A stretch of DNA of 51,923 nucleotides, filler included, from Dirinaria sp. TL-2023a (GCA_051941275.1; 2 parts of 2 records of this genome joined end to end with filler, not necessarily neighbours in it), one strand, 5' to 3'. Counted from the first letter of the whole stretch, positions 24,478 to 37,691 are shown. Translations and numbers: made by a program. Notes: generated from the letters alone by a model not told the origin.

Positions 24478-25587
24478 ATGGGCAGAATCGGCGATGGCGA
24501 TGTCCACGCCGCCTACGTCGAGTTTCGCGCGAAGGAGACTGACAAAGTAAGACACGTCTCCCCATCAACCTCCATCATCCATCTTCCAATGTATCTCATC
24601 CCTGGACATGGATTCTCCGTCTATCCTTCCTCAGCATTTTTGGTTACGCAGAGGAAGGTACACCCACATTCATCGTACTGACCTCTCCTTTGTATCAGTG
24701 TCTCTCGGCACAATGCATCTACTGCCAATCGGTCCGCGCCAAAAACACCTCGCGTCAACGCCAACATCTCCTCGAATGCCCCAACTACCTCTCCGCCATG
24801 AAAGAGCACAACCCCGACAACCCCATACTCCATGAAGCCGTGAACGGGCCTCCGGTGCAAACAACCCCCGCCAAGACGCCGAAGAAGCGGGACCACGAAA
24901 CCATGATCATGAATTCTGCATTCCAGGGCACCAGCACCATGGCCCACAGCTATCCCATCCCCACGCCGAAGCTGGAGAGAGATTTCCAGATGAGTGTCCA
25001 GTTGAACCCGAAGATAAGCGTGGGACCTGGTATATGGGGGCAGCGTAACTGGTTGAGCTACATAAGTGGGCATTGGAATGGTAGATGGGGCAAAGGGACC
25101 GTTGTGGTAGGACTTCCTCTCGAACCCTCTCGATCATCTACGGCGCGCCGTACATTTTTTTTTTTTGGCACCGAACTCTTAGCTAATATCGGAGTGTTGC
25201 AGCCAGGTGGCCAAGACTCTCAGCTCGTAGCTCCGGATCTCTCGACCCATCACGACGCTACCTACCTCCTCCAAACACACGACCACCCTCCAGCCTACAT
25301 CTCGGTCAAGGCGGAAGGATGGCGCGTCGGTCCCCGCGACATCCTCGAGAAGCTCGAGGATCCCTCGGTTGCGGACGAGGTTGATCCGAAGAGCTATTCC
25401 TTCCGCTTGTTCGTGCACATGGAGACGGGCGATACGAGGTACTTGCACTTGAACACGGGCATGTGGGTCGGCAGTGGAGTCAGGAGGGGTACTGAAGGTC
25501 AGTCTATATCTCCATTTTAATTTCCACTGACAGGATCTTTGGCTAACGCACAAGGTAGTCATCTATGACGCTTACCGCGTTATTTGA
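24478..25587 (+). CDS. DUF3237 (UPF0311) protein with N-terminal C2HC (BED-like) zinc finger, 4 exons
   Basis: MGRIGDGDVHAAYVEFRAKETDK | CLSAQCIYC..RQRQHLLEC, then GQRNW..GHW.G..G.V | PGGQD..YLLQTHD..YSFRLFVHMETGDTRY..LN..WVGSG.R | VIYDAYRVI*. Confidence 0.85.
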
Positions 25588-25943
25588 GCCAGGCCTTGAT
25601 TGACCGGAGTTTCTGGATCCCGGTTATGGGGCAGCATTGGCGTTGGAGCGAGAATGGGTTAAGGGTCCAAATTAAAAAGGTCCTAGACGGGTCGTCTAAA
25701 GTAGAATAGAGGTACCAGTCTTTTAACAGCTTGTATTCTAGTCCTTGCTGATTTGCATCTCAACCCAAATCCGAGCCTCTAACCTTTGAAACCACCTACG
25801 CAGTACTCCCAATCTGTGAACAACTTCCAGCGCATTATCTGAGAATGCAATTGAACCCCTTAATCGGCATGTGGGACCCCAAAAAAATAGCTTGCCTGAA
25901 TTCGGGAAGCAAGTCAGCAATCAATTATCAACCTCCCTCCTTT

Positions 25944-26043
25944 NNNNNNNNNNNNNNNNNNNNNNNNNNNNNNNNNNNNNNNNNNNNTTAATTAATTAAN
26001 NNNNNNNNNNNNNNNNNNNNNNNNNNNNNNNNNNNNNNNNNNN
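25944..26043. other. Assembly gap with artificial linker (44 N + TTAATTAATTAA + 44 N)
   Basis: N runs flank a palindromic 12-mer (25988-25999) with stops in all six frames; exactly 100 nt in total. Confidence 0.97.
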
Positions 26044-29000
26044 GAAGAAAGATCATGGAACGATCGAAAAGTCTAGAGACTTTGCATGACCGGGACAAAG
26101 CTGGTGTACTTAAAAGCAGAGCATAAGGCACTTTCTCATGGTTTGCCAATCAGTGCTTGGCGTAGGACAAGAGATGCGCAAGGGCGTTCGAAGGAAGGCT
26201 ATGTCAGCACAGAACAGACACAGGCCATGACTCGTGATGAAACCGACGAGCGTCGAAAATCAAATTAATTCGTCGTCGGCAAAATCAATAGGAGACCAGG
26301 GCTTTATCCACAACCATGGGACTTATCCGACTGAAAGGCACGTTGACTGCCAGGGTTTTTAGAGTAGACAATGCTGATCCCCCATCGTGGTGAGCATGTG
26401 GCGACCAGGAACAGGGATGCTGGTAATATCTCGACGTTCAACGGCCTTAAAGAGCTTAATTCGTCGATGATCTGCTCTCCGCCTTCCACGCGCCATCCTA
26501 ATGCTTCTGAGCAGTGAGCACTGTTCCTCTAACGGAAGGGTTGTGACACCCTGTGCATCATTATTACGCCCTAGGGTCGCATTGGCACGTACGGTCGAAA
26601 ATGTGGCTAGTTAGATCCCCGGGGGGTTTGGAGATACCTTTGGACCAACAAGAAGCTCTGTTAATAATAATGACATGCTCTGTTGACGGCTTCATTCTCG
26701 TCCGAGGAAGAGCCATCACCCTACCACTCAAGTGTGAGCGCAATCACAATGATCTTCTCTCCCCTCCTTCAGCTTGACATCCGCCGTGACCGCGACTCGA
26801 TACCTGATGGTAGAAACACCTTGCACCTTTTCGGCTTAGATCGTCGAGCAATAAGCGAGTGACTGAAGACGAAGGTAAAGTAGGCCTTTGGCACAGTCAA
26901 GCCACTGCCGCCATCACTTGCTTTGACAAATACGAAATACGCAGTGAGTAGGGCGTAGAGTTACTCGATTGAATAGCCACTCGAAGTAACTGTGCTCGTT
27001 CCCTTGAGCCCTCGAAAGCGTCGGAGACTTTCTGCACCAGTCGTGCAGCGGATGTCAATTGGTAGGCTTCGAATAGGATGCAATCAGTCGGCGTGGGAGA
27101 TGGGGTGCATTGTGTTTCTAGAGTACTGAAGGCCGATGTCGATCTTGCCCGTTCATGCCAGTCCCTAAAGGTAGTCGCATGCCAATACCTCCTAGCTGCC
27201 TTCTACAAATCATCGTGTCCGATTGCTAGTCCAAGGACCGCAGATCAGCTCCTTCACGTGAATCGATCGACAGGCCTTCGCCGGCCACCCAATGAAGAAT
27301 TGGCGTGATAGGAGACTCCAGTCGTGCCTCAGGGAGCCATCGCGCTCGAGCACTGACTTCAGCGGTTACAGCACCCAAGCAGGCGTCGAAGAAGCGAGTG
27401 GTTAAGGCGGCATAGGGCGTTATGGTTGGTATCCAGGCATGTTCATACGTTACGTGGCTTACACTGGAGTGAAAGCCACGGGCACGCTTGCCAGGGGTTG
27501 CATGCAGTCAAAACCTCCGGACTGCCGCCAAAACCGCAAGGCTGCAGGATTGGGTCATTTCGCTCTTCGATCTCGCCGAGCAGCCTCGTCGTGATTGGCG
27601 CGCAATACTCGACACACATGCTGCTCCATCTCCACATTTCCCATATGCCGACTGGATAATTCAAGCACTGTGAACGATACGGCCATTCAATGATCGGTAT
27701 CACCTGGTAAGGTATTATGGGTACACACCGTACGGGCTGAAGACTGAAACCAGTGTTTGGTATCTTTTAATCGGAACCTGAACACCCAAGGTACCTACAT
27801 TAGTGTTGCTGCTTTGCAAGTACATGTAGAAGCACCGTCGTTGTGACTACCTGCAGTAGTCCACCACCGTCTATGCTACCTTACGAGCTTACCTACTGTA
27901 GAAGCGTTTCCGAGTTTAGCGCCAAGGATCCGCGCTTCCACCACGTCAATAATAATAATATTCGACTTGGATCCTGACGTGCTCTTTGTGGGGCTCCTGA
28001 ACGTCGACATTTGATCTTCTGTTTTTGGAGCTTCGAGCAATGAACTTCTCTTTTCGATGTGGAACTCGCCATCCTCAATGCTCGCGCGTTCCACCGACCC
28101 ACAGCCCCATCCGAGGTACATCCGCCAATGACAACTTAAGCGCCGTGTGAAGCCTACCTACATGTACTTTAAGTACAGCACAGCTACCTTACTCGTACAA
28201 CTCGAGCTGAGACCTGCCTGGAGCAGTAAGCATCGTCGCCACACTAAGTTTTCGACAGCGATAAAGACTTCAGCTTCGGGTTCACACTGGTAGCCTGAAC
28301 CCTCCCCAGCGACGAGGGTGCTGAGGGTGCCTCCACGAGCGGAGTGATCAACACTCTTATTGTTTCTTTGGAGGGTTGCATTTATTGCACTTCGTGATCT
28401 CCAGAGCGAACGATTGGCGCTATGCTCGCGAGTCTTGCAGATCCCTCGCGAGCTGGAAGATCCACAAAACGATGGTACGCCCGTAGCCTGTCAGTCGCGT
28501 TGTCCACAGTTAACCTCCCAGTCACCGAATTCACTGTAGATTAATAATTCGAATGACTCTAGAGGATTCACCGACCTGGCCCTGATGGAAGGAGTGTGAA
28601 CCTTTTTTCCATCCGTTTGGAATTTGCCAGGAGGACCATCGTCATCTTGTCTACCCATGCGTAATGCAGCTGGGGTTCAACCAGCCGACCAGTGTGGTGG
28701 AAGCTGCCGAGGAGCCGAGCCATGAACGGGATTCTCCGCTCGGAAGAGTATTTGTTACTGGTTCCAATTGCCGGTGAGTAGGGACGACATCACGACACCA
28801 GATCCACATCATCTGATGTTGAGTCTTTCACCACCGTGCTCTGCCTCATCAACGCTTCCGGACCACTTTGCACAAAACCCAAGCCGCAGAACCCAAGCCG
28901 CGGCGGGCACATTGGAATGTTTTTGGCACCGTACTTTGCAATTAATGTATGAGGACTGGTTCGACAAAATCGGCCAGTAGCAGCTACGTATGTCAGGGTA

Positions 29001-32000
29001 AAGCATAAGGTACCTTGAGGACCCAAACCCCTGCCAAGGCATCCACACCCGATCCACAGAAACCAGTGAAACCACTCGTACTCTACCTTAGATAATGTAC
29101 TCGTACCTTGTAACAGCTGTTTATATACGTGATCCTTACCATACACCTAAGGTCGGTACAACAGCTGCTAATCAGCGGCTTACCTTAGCGGGAAGATACA
29201 TATCACACGTCTTATAATAAGCGACTTGAAATACCGGACCAGAAACGCTTCCCAGTTGCCAGTTGCCACACGCCTCGACTAAATCCGTCTTTCCTGCTTG
29301 TTTCATCACACAAGGTCCGAGCTTCTTCCACGTGCGAGCAATTCTCCGAAAAATCCTGCCATTAATCCATTATTGTCTTGTCGGGAGGGTTCTCGCATAT
29401 CCGGGAGTGCCAGTTGCTGGTAAGAAGTCGGCGCCAGGATTACCATGTTGGCTAGGAAGGTAATGCAATCTGCACGGTACCTCATGGTTTTGCAATCAAA
29501 ACCTCTCGTCGTTCTACAGCGTTCTGTTTGCAGTGATCGACACTGTTCTGCTGGATCCATGATTAGCATCCATGAGCCTCTAGGGAGTACTACTCTCAGA
29601 CTGTCTGAACTTTTGCAAGACCGCCGTCACGAGCGCGCTTCTACCTTACTGCTCCGTTGAGGATCTAGTCTGGTGCTGGGGATTTCGGTCCATGCTTCGA
29701 AAGCTGCATGGCGTTGGCGGAAGTAGCCGATCGCCATGAGTGCTTGAACTGCTTCCAGATCTCGTTAGACCTCACGCACAAGTTCAGCCTCCACAACCCC
29801 CACACCTTCTTTTAGCACATTGGACGGCCGGCCATTTCTGTGGACCGCAGATGGCAAGGCCTGGAATGCCATGAGGATTGGTTGGATAGATCCGATACAG
29901 ATCCGGTTTCGAAATGGTTTGTCGGGTATCGCATATAGGTAGGATAAGCTTCTCTTTCGCTTGCCCTTGATCAGCAAACATTAATTGGGAATTTGGTAAA
30001 TCCACGAACCCAAACGTTCTACTATTTCAATGTCGGCTTCCACGTTCGGAAAATCTGTTCTCTGATGATACAGCGTCCGACCTAGTCTACGCATAGAATT
30101 ATCCCAAGATGCGTAGATAATTGGTTATATTCGACGATCTGCTTTGGCTTCGCTGTTCAACAACTGCGACATCTTCGTCCGCATTGGAACGGCCCCGCCC
30201 GCTGAAACAGATGGATGTAGGAGTTGGTCAGTGCTCCCTCATCACATTGCCTACATGGTCTAAGATTGAAACTCTTTCCACTTTACTGTTCTTTGGCCTT
30301 CTATTTTTATCGTCGAGGATCACTGATCGACATATCCTCACAGCTTTGTGCATGGTTGCTCATGGCTCACCCTCTAGGATTAGACGAGACTTAGGTACTT
30401 CAAGCCCTCAGTCCTTTGCGCGTAGCAGTACCGAGTCTTCGTTTATGTTGTGGTCCGTGTGCAACGATCATCCCAGCCATTGTTCCATGTATCGCGGAAG
30501 CTATGTACACTCAGACATCGCGCCGATCAGCACATTCATCTCTGGCGCGATACAGAATAGCAGTACCTGCCATTAAAATGGTAACACCGCTAGAAAACAA
30601 TACCTAGAGCTGGAGCATGCAAACACAGCTTCTGCCCAGCTTCAGCTCATCTTGTATTGGCTCGTACGAGGGTACTCTTAAATCGGCATGCTCCATCCAA
30701 GAGTCGCCTGGGATATCCAGCTAGGGTCTATAAGCCGTCCAGTCCTCACATGGCCGAGGACGGGCGTCCTCGATGTCTCTGTTTTCTTCTCGCAAGCGTA
30801 GCCGGACACCTCTACATCTCTAACCCTGTTCAATGTACCGCTTTTGGCTCTGTTTCACCTTCTACACTTGCATCATCTGTGGTCTTTCGCTGGCTTATCG
30901 ATATCGCCGGCATTAGAGATTATGGACTCCATCGCCAATGTGAGGAGCATAGCCCCATACCTATAGTTGAGGCTGGCATTGGGTCGCAAAGCACAAGGCT
31001 ATGCTGACGCGGGTAAGTGAGGCATACCGACTGCTACTTCACTCAGTACCCAATCTACTCACCACTATGTGGTATCACCCTGGTCGTAGCCGGATCGCCG
31101 TTGATCTTCCATAGCGCTCCGAGTTGTCGCAAGTTAGCCGAGTTATAACGACTTTACGCTATTCTTAGGGCATCCGCCTTCTATTGTAGTGCTACGGACA
31201 TGTTTGACTGCATGTAAAGTTGCTACCGGCAATTGGGATTCTTGATAGTGTAAGCCTCATTAGGATGCCTCTCCGGGCGTGTCTCACTCTCACTTTAAAG
31301 GTCTTGAGAATTCGCCTGACATGATAGTTGTATTGGCGAGGGCCGTGTTATTGATTTGACATAATCGGCCAGACTCTCGAGCGCATACCATTACGTACTC
31401 GGAAAATAACTGGGCGCAAGCGAAGCAGATATTCGTGGAATCTCCTAATTGGTCTCAGCCAGGGCTCACTGCTACCGTCATACATTCATAGCACACCATC
31501 AAGGGCTTCGCATGGTAGCAGAAACAGAGGGTGTCTGGCATTTTCGAAGAGGAAGCATTGAGAGGAGGTATCACTGTTCGCCCTGAACACAGCCTTCCAG
31601 CACTTCAGATGCTGCAAGTTGAGATAGTACCTACTGTACTCATGCTCAAAATAGCACAGCGGCACGATCTTCTGAGGTACATGGCCACTGACGTCCTTTG
31701 CAATCCTCAGATACTTGTCTAATTTGACGGAAAGTTTAGATGGACGCTTCCTTACTGATATGTCGATTTGACGAAAGGTTCAGCTCGTTCGAAAACAATC
31801 ATCTACGACAAGGCATCCTCCCAATTTATTTGAGAGCATCTTACGTCATGAAGGCTTGATACCGAGTTTCCGATACCGTAAGTTGACGGATCGTTCTCAA
31901 GTCGCATCGGATCGTCGATTGAAGGCTTAATTACCTCGATGCTCTTGCTGAGTGGCATGTTGATTGATGCACTAGTAAACAAGCCGATGAGTGGAAGATT

Positions 32001-32729
32001 GGCCAGGTCAGTTCAACAGCATATCTATCACTCGACAAAATTTTACGAAATGCAAAAATTGTTCAACAACGAAGCAGTGAAAGAGCTATACTCGGTCCTC
32101 CGTCGCTAATGTATCTCGGCGATCAGATAGAACGGGTAAAAGGTGCATGACCTTCACGTCCTCATCCTCTTTGGGTGTAGCTCACCATACAAAGTCAAGC
32201 TGTTAAGGCGTCGATAGAGGAATCACCGTTTTGACGAAGAGTATCCACTGGACCACGTAGGATTTGCGCGCACATCTACGCTCAAGAGCTTCTTAATAGA
32301 TCATTGATTACAATAACGGTTCACTAATGGCATCTTGATAGAGCTTGACCTTCTAGGAGCATGGAAGTATGTTGAGAAGATATTAATATACCTCGGGACA
32401 TGGAATAAGGAATGGCATGAGTAGGTCAATAGATAAGATCATTGACTTCTTGTAGGTTAGACCTCTGCTAAAATACTCGAAAGAGGAAGCTCTACGTTGC
32501 TTGTAGCATCGATCTCGTGCGATGTGACTGTACTGTCTCTCAAAAGAACGACGATAGCTCTAGACTCAAGTATTGAAGAGATTGCTCCCTCGTTCACTGT
32601 TCATGTATCGAAAAACATGAGATCGGTACCCGCACTCTTTTCCTTATCATCGCTCTCCCAGAACTTGCCTCAGACTCCTCATACCTGATCTCTTCCATGC
32701 CCCTGCAGCTTTTATGAGCGTCGTGACTG

Positions 32730-33152
32730 CATTTAGCGTGTGCATGTGTGTTGCGAAACCTTGGCACCTCGAAACTCTACCCTCCCCTAGATGTTGCATG
32801 GATCCACTCGATGCTTCAGAATTTAAATTGCAACAGTCATCTTTTTCTAGCATCTTTTAACACTTCTAACGATTTGTCGATTTGACAGTGACACTTTTAC
32901 GGCGAATTGGTCCATCGTCATTTCGTGAAAACGTTATTTTGCTGAAATCCTGTTCTTTCGCTAGCGCTAGAGAGGAGCGACTACATTGAATTCTGAGACA
33001 GGAAAAGATCGAAGAGAGTTTATTTGATAGGTGGAAAGAATTTTTGACATTGAACGAGAGTGATGTGGCGGCAGCGGGATCCCTTTAAAAAAAAAAAGTA
33101 GTTAAAATTTCGAGATGCCAAGGTTTCGCAACGCACATGCACACCCCAAATG
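32730..33152. mobile_element. MITE-like element, family B copy 1 (about 425 bp, about 45-bp TIRs)
   Basis: Left end catttagcgtgtgcatgtgtgttgcgaaaccttggcacctcgaaa; reverse complement of right end catttggggtgtgcatgtgcgttgcgaaaccttggcatctcgaaa. Non-coding; no clear target-site duplication. Confidence 0.8.
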
Positions 33153-33483
33153 TACTATGAATACCTTATGATTGGAAACCTCACTTTCGTCTCACACCCT
33201 CTGTAGCTCGTTTGTCTCTTCACTCCTGTTAACGCTTTATATTACAAATTGAGAAGATAGGAAGGAGATATGTGCAATACTTTGAGGTATATAAAACATG
33301 AAATTGTGCGTTAAAAGAGCAAAGGAAAATGAATTTTCCTCCATAAAGCGAAGCGGTGGCGTTGCTTAATGGATAATTCTAATCATGCACGCTTTTCTCC
33401 AGTGCGAATCTCGCTACCTTCGTCTCCTCTTTCTTGTTCACAGTGCGTCAAAGACATTGACCAAGCTTAAGCATGTCACGATT

Positions 33484-35303
33484 TTATCTCTGATGTAAGA
33501 ATTCCAAAGCCCCGGGCACATTGTCTCCAAGTCCACATACTGTTCTGAAGTCTCCTACCTCATCACCCCTCCTGTTGATAAATGCCAGAAACTCCTCAAG
33601 CGGACAGCTTGAGCCAGGACCAGACGTGCAATTCGGTAGGGCGACTATGCCATCATTAATATTAATGCGGATGAAAGTGCTATTGCGAGCATCTTGCAAA
33701 ACGCTATGCTGAGTATTTTTGCCATCCTCAGCATGGTCATGGTAGGGTTTATATTGTGATGAAGCGTGAGTAGGATTGCAAGTAAGGCGCTCGAAGATGA
33801 CGCGGCCACTCATCGGCGTCACTTGGGAGAGGCGCCAGATGCGCGACGGGTCACGATAAGTGGTTGGGAGGCTGGCGGGAGAGTAGAAAATACCAAGGGC
33901 AGCAAGCATAGCAACGAGATTGCCATCATGAACACTAATAGTGTTTAGTTAAATGATTTACCCTTTGAGAGCTCCTTAAGAAGCTAGGAACATACAAGCT
34001 CAAGAACATCTTTCCAACATCCGGCCCTTGTTGAAGCAACTTTGCGGTAGCATTCAGCCATAACCATCCCATAGGCGCTCCAAACTTGTTGCCTGGTCCA
34101 GCTCGGTAATAGAGAAGGATGTCTCTGGCATACTCGAAATTGCGCCAATCCTCGTGGGTAAACACTGCGCACCACGGACTACCACCACGAGTTAGTGTCT
34201 CGAATCCACACATTTCTTGCATTGAGTAGATCTCTTGGTCTGTAAATGGAAGATGCGGGTTCTGTCTCCGGAAACGGACCCCGATCTTATGGAGATAAGT
34301 AGCGGAAAATTTCGCAAGCTGGATGTAGCCATAATTGTGTCCAAGCTCGCTGTCACTGCGGTATCTTAAGCAGGTGTTCTGCGGTGTTAATGTGTTTGCG
34401 CCCAAGTTTGAGGAATCAGAGACAATATGCAGTGTCGCAGTAGACGCCCAGTCGAGTCCAAAAAGCCCGTGCGCAAAGTATTCAGCAGTGTCAACGACAC
34501 GCTTGGTGGAGCTTGCCCAGAAGTTCAGTCTGTGTGGGCTCGAGCTTGAAGGTAGGAGATGCGAGTAGCGGGTCCGGAGCTTAGTACCGGTACGGAAAGC
34601 ACTCATTGTGCCGGCATAAGGGCCGGTTCTGGTGAGCTGATCATGTTGCGCAGAGGAATCTACCGTATCATTCAGTATATGAAAGCTGGTGATATCGGAT
34701 GAAGCCGGCGTACCATCACAGAAGTATTGCCATTGATTCACGAATCCGAGGTCGCCTCGAAGTGTAACATTCGATTGCCTGATCCTCTCGAGGAGCTTCA
34801 GCATCCCTTGTATAGAGTCAGCTTCTACCCCAAAGCTGTTGACCAGGCCAAGCAAATAATGAGAGGGATCGTTAACCCACTGCCTCCTGCGCCGGCAGTA
34901 GGATAACGTTCAGCGTGTCTCGAGATCTGGTAGCATAGGTAAGCATTGAGTAAATCTACGGACTCTACGCTTGCTAATATGCCCACAGGTGCTCTTGACT
35001 AACCATATGTACTTGCTCGACCTGGCAGCCGGCGGGCGGCGCAAAGCCCGCCTGCTCGACACCATCTAGCTTTTGGATCCATGGCCCGTTCCCACCAAGG
35101 TGGTATAATATATCCGGGTTGGGCTCGTCTTGCGGCATGCATACTTTTGGCAAGAACCATTGAAGGTTTGACACGTAGCGGCTGGCCCAGCCATTGTAAT
35201 TGGCGCGAAATACAGGCAAAATGGTGGTAAAGTTGGCAATGAGCACAGCTCCCAGGCCAGCGCAAGCGAGGGCGAATAACGGGACACTTGCAAGGACCTG
35301 CAT
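33484..35303 (-). CDS. Histidine acid phosphatase / 3-phytase-like
   Basis: Hydrophobic N-terminus, HLGGNGPW, GCQVEQVHM | ISRHAERYPT (RHGxRxP variant on a short exon near 34880-34930), MCGFET, WCAVFT..W..FEYARD, FVHDG proton-donor motif, RININDG..C.SGPGSSCPL. Confidence 0.92.
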
Positions 35304-35429
35304 AAGGTACGAGTCCCTACCTTACCTTAGGTACTACAGATACCTTCAGGTACCCTAGATAGCAGCGAAGTAGGTGCCTGACTTTTAGCAGGGTACTTTA
35401 AGCGAGGCCTGCTGGGTGACCAGCAAATA

Positions 35430-36256
35430 ATTTGGCGTGTGCATGTATGTTGCGAAGCCTTGGCATCCAAAGTTCTTTCCCTCCTCTACTTATTGTCGTC
35501 CATCAATGTCTTCCTTCTCAATTCGATGCTTCAGGATTAAAAAAGGCACCCACTACGACCACACCATCCTACTTTGCTGACACACCATCTTCACTTTGCT
35601 GCCCACATCGCCCTGCCCACTCATTGTTCTTCATCTATTAGTGGCTGTCTCAGATTTTTTCTTTAACATCTTCAATCTACTTGAACGATTTGTCTATTTG
35701 ACGATGGCACGTTCGTGGTGAATCAGTTCATCGTCATCTCGTGAAATCGTCGTTGCTTGAAAGTCACACTCTGTCAAAGCAGAAAAGTGAATAGACTTCA
35801 TTCCGAGTCATCAAAGAGATCGAATACATTAACACGTGAAAATGAGTATTTAGCGGAAAGGGTGGTGTGTCAGTAGAGTAGAGTGGTGTGGCGGCAGTGG
35901 GAGCCTTAGAAATCAAAAGTCATCTCTTTCTAGCGTCTTTAAATACTTAACCATTTGTCGATTTGACAGGGGCTTTTTCAGAAAGACTCGATTCACCGAC
36001 ACTTCGTGAAAACGTTATTGTGCTAAAAATCTCGTTCTTTCGTTAGCGCTAGAGGAGCGACTACATTGAATCCTGAGACAGCAAACGATCGAAGAGGATT
36101 CACGTGATAGATAAAAAGACTTATTGACACGGAACGAGAGAGATGTGATGATCGTAGGATTCCTTCAGAAAGAAGTTACCTTGCAAACTGTGCATGTAGG
36201 GAAGGATAGAATTTCGAGATGCCAAGATTTCGCAACGCACACGCACACGCCAAATG
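35430..36256. mobile_element. MITE-like element, family B copy 2, with a nested insertion
   Basis: Same TIRs (atttggcgtgtgcatgtatgttgcgaagccttggcatc ... gatgccaagatttcgcaacgcacacgcacacgccaaatg) and same interior as 32730-33152 in direct orientation (atttgtcgatttgacag, ttcgtgaaaacgttatt, gaggagcgactacattgaat.ctgagacag). Confidence 0.8.
35541..35910. mobile_element. Nested inverted-repeat element (about 370 bp, about 55-bp TIRs) inside family B copy 2
   Basis: aaggcacccactacgaccacaccatcctactttgctgacacaccatc matches the reverse complement of about 35860-35907 (aaggctcccactgccgccacaccactctactctactgacacaccacc). The outer element alignment resumes after it. Confidence 0.65.
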
Positions 36257-36689
36257 GACGCTAAATGGCCATCTGACACGCTTTGCCTTCGTAAGATCTT
36301 ACGTACAGTACATACAAGGCATGATGCTCGCAGTTAATTGAAGATGCGTTTGAGCCAAGACCATTGGATGCAACCCTGACTGTGAGGGAGCACCTTCCCA
36401 AAAGCGATAATCCACATCACGATCGAATTCGTATATTTCTCCCTTTCTGTAATTCCTCGTGCAAGCTTGCAGCCCCGACAGGGTTCCAGTGTGGTTGCAT
36501 TGATTCGTGTACATGAAATTGGCTTTCTATGTCTGCTAGTGACTCACTTTCAGGCATGCATATTTGTGACTCAAGATGTGTATATATTGCTGTTTGACAG
36601 CGAGAATCCTGATGAAACTCTTTGACCAAGTCTTGTAATCCTTTCACCGAATCCATACATTTCAACCCATTTCCTGGTTGTATACAAAC

Positions 36690-37389
36690 ATGCCTTTGGT
36701 TCTACAAAAACTCAAAGTCGACGATGTTGAGCGCTTGACTGATATCCTGTATGCTGCTTTTGCCGGAGATCCTTGGGGCCGCATAATGTTCCCGGTAACG
36801 CCTCCCATGAACGCTAGAGGCCCAACCATTCGACATTACCGCAATCTGCTCCAGAACGATCCCACTGTCGAATTGACCAAGGTTGTTGACACAGAGACCG
36901 GGCAGATGGTGAGTTTTGCTCGCTGGGAAATCTACTATGAGGAACGGCCGGAAAGCGAATACAAAGCCGAGAACAAAGAGAAGCGCGAGTGGGATGAAGG
37001 TACAAACACTGAAGCTACGGATGCTTTGATCGCTCGCGTCGGCGAAATTGATGAGAAAATAATGGGTGGGAAACCGCATCTCCGTAAGCTCGGCCTCAGT
37101 ATTCTGTGAATGCATAGCCTGACATGACTGAGTAGATCTCGGCTTGCTCAGCACCCACCCGGACTACTATCGAAGAGGAGCAGGAGGTATGCTTGTGAAG
37201 TGGGGCACCGAAATTGCCGACCAGAAAGGCCTTCCCTGCTTTCTTGAAGCGACCCCCAACGGCTATGGGCTTTATCTTAGACATGGATTCGAGCATATAG
37301 GAGAAGCAATAGAAATGGATATGTCTAGATTTGGAGGTCAGGGGATCTATCAATGGAAATGCATGCTAAGATCTGCAAAAGGGACCTAG
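36690..37389 (+). CDS. GNAT family N-acetyltransferase, 2 exons
   Basis: MPLVLQKL..KVVDTETGQMVSFARW; intron near 37084-37134; LLSTHPDYYRRGAGGMLVKWG (motif A), LEATPNGYGLYLRHGF (motif B). Confidence 0.92.
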
Positions 37390-37691
37390 CCTGCTCGTCG
37401 TTCCAGGGGCGAATTCGAGAAAGAAATCGCTAGGAAAGCGCCAGGTAGATAGCTTGGCTTTATTAGCTTTCTGCTGCCGACGACCTGAGCGAATGCAGCT
37501 GCCTGAGGTTTTCGACAGCTTTAGCAAATTTCAAGCTGCCAGCAAGCGATTAGGCTGGATGCAACTATGCTTGAGAGACTAGGTATTCTTTTATTATGAC
37601 CTCCTTGGCTTACCTGCTCTACACAGGCGGGAGTAGGATGCAAGACTCAGAGCTGCGGAAATTTTTCCACAGAATGCATTTGAGAGCATCA

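Noticed and set aside
24650..24660. Possible 6-nt cassette exon (cag AGGAAG gtacac) in intron 1 of the DUF3237 gene
   Set aside because: Not needed for the reading frame and no good upstream branch site; cannot be supported without RNA data.
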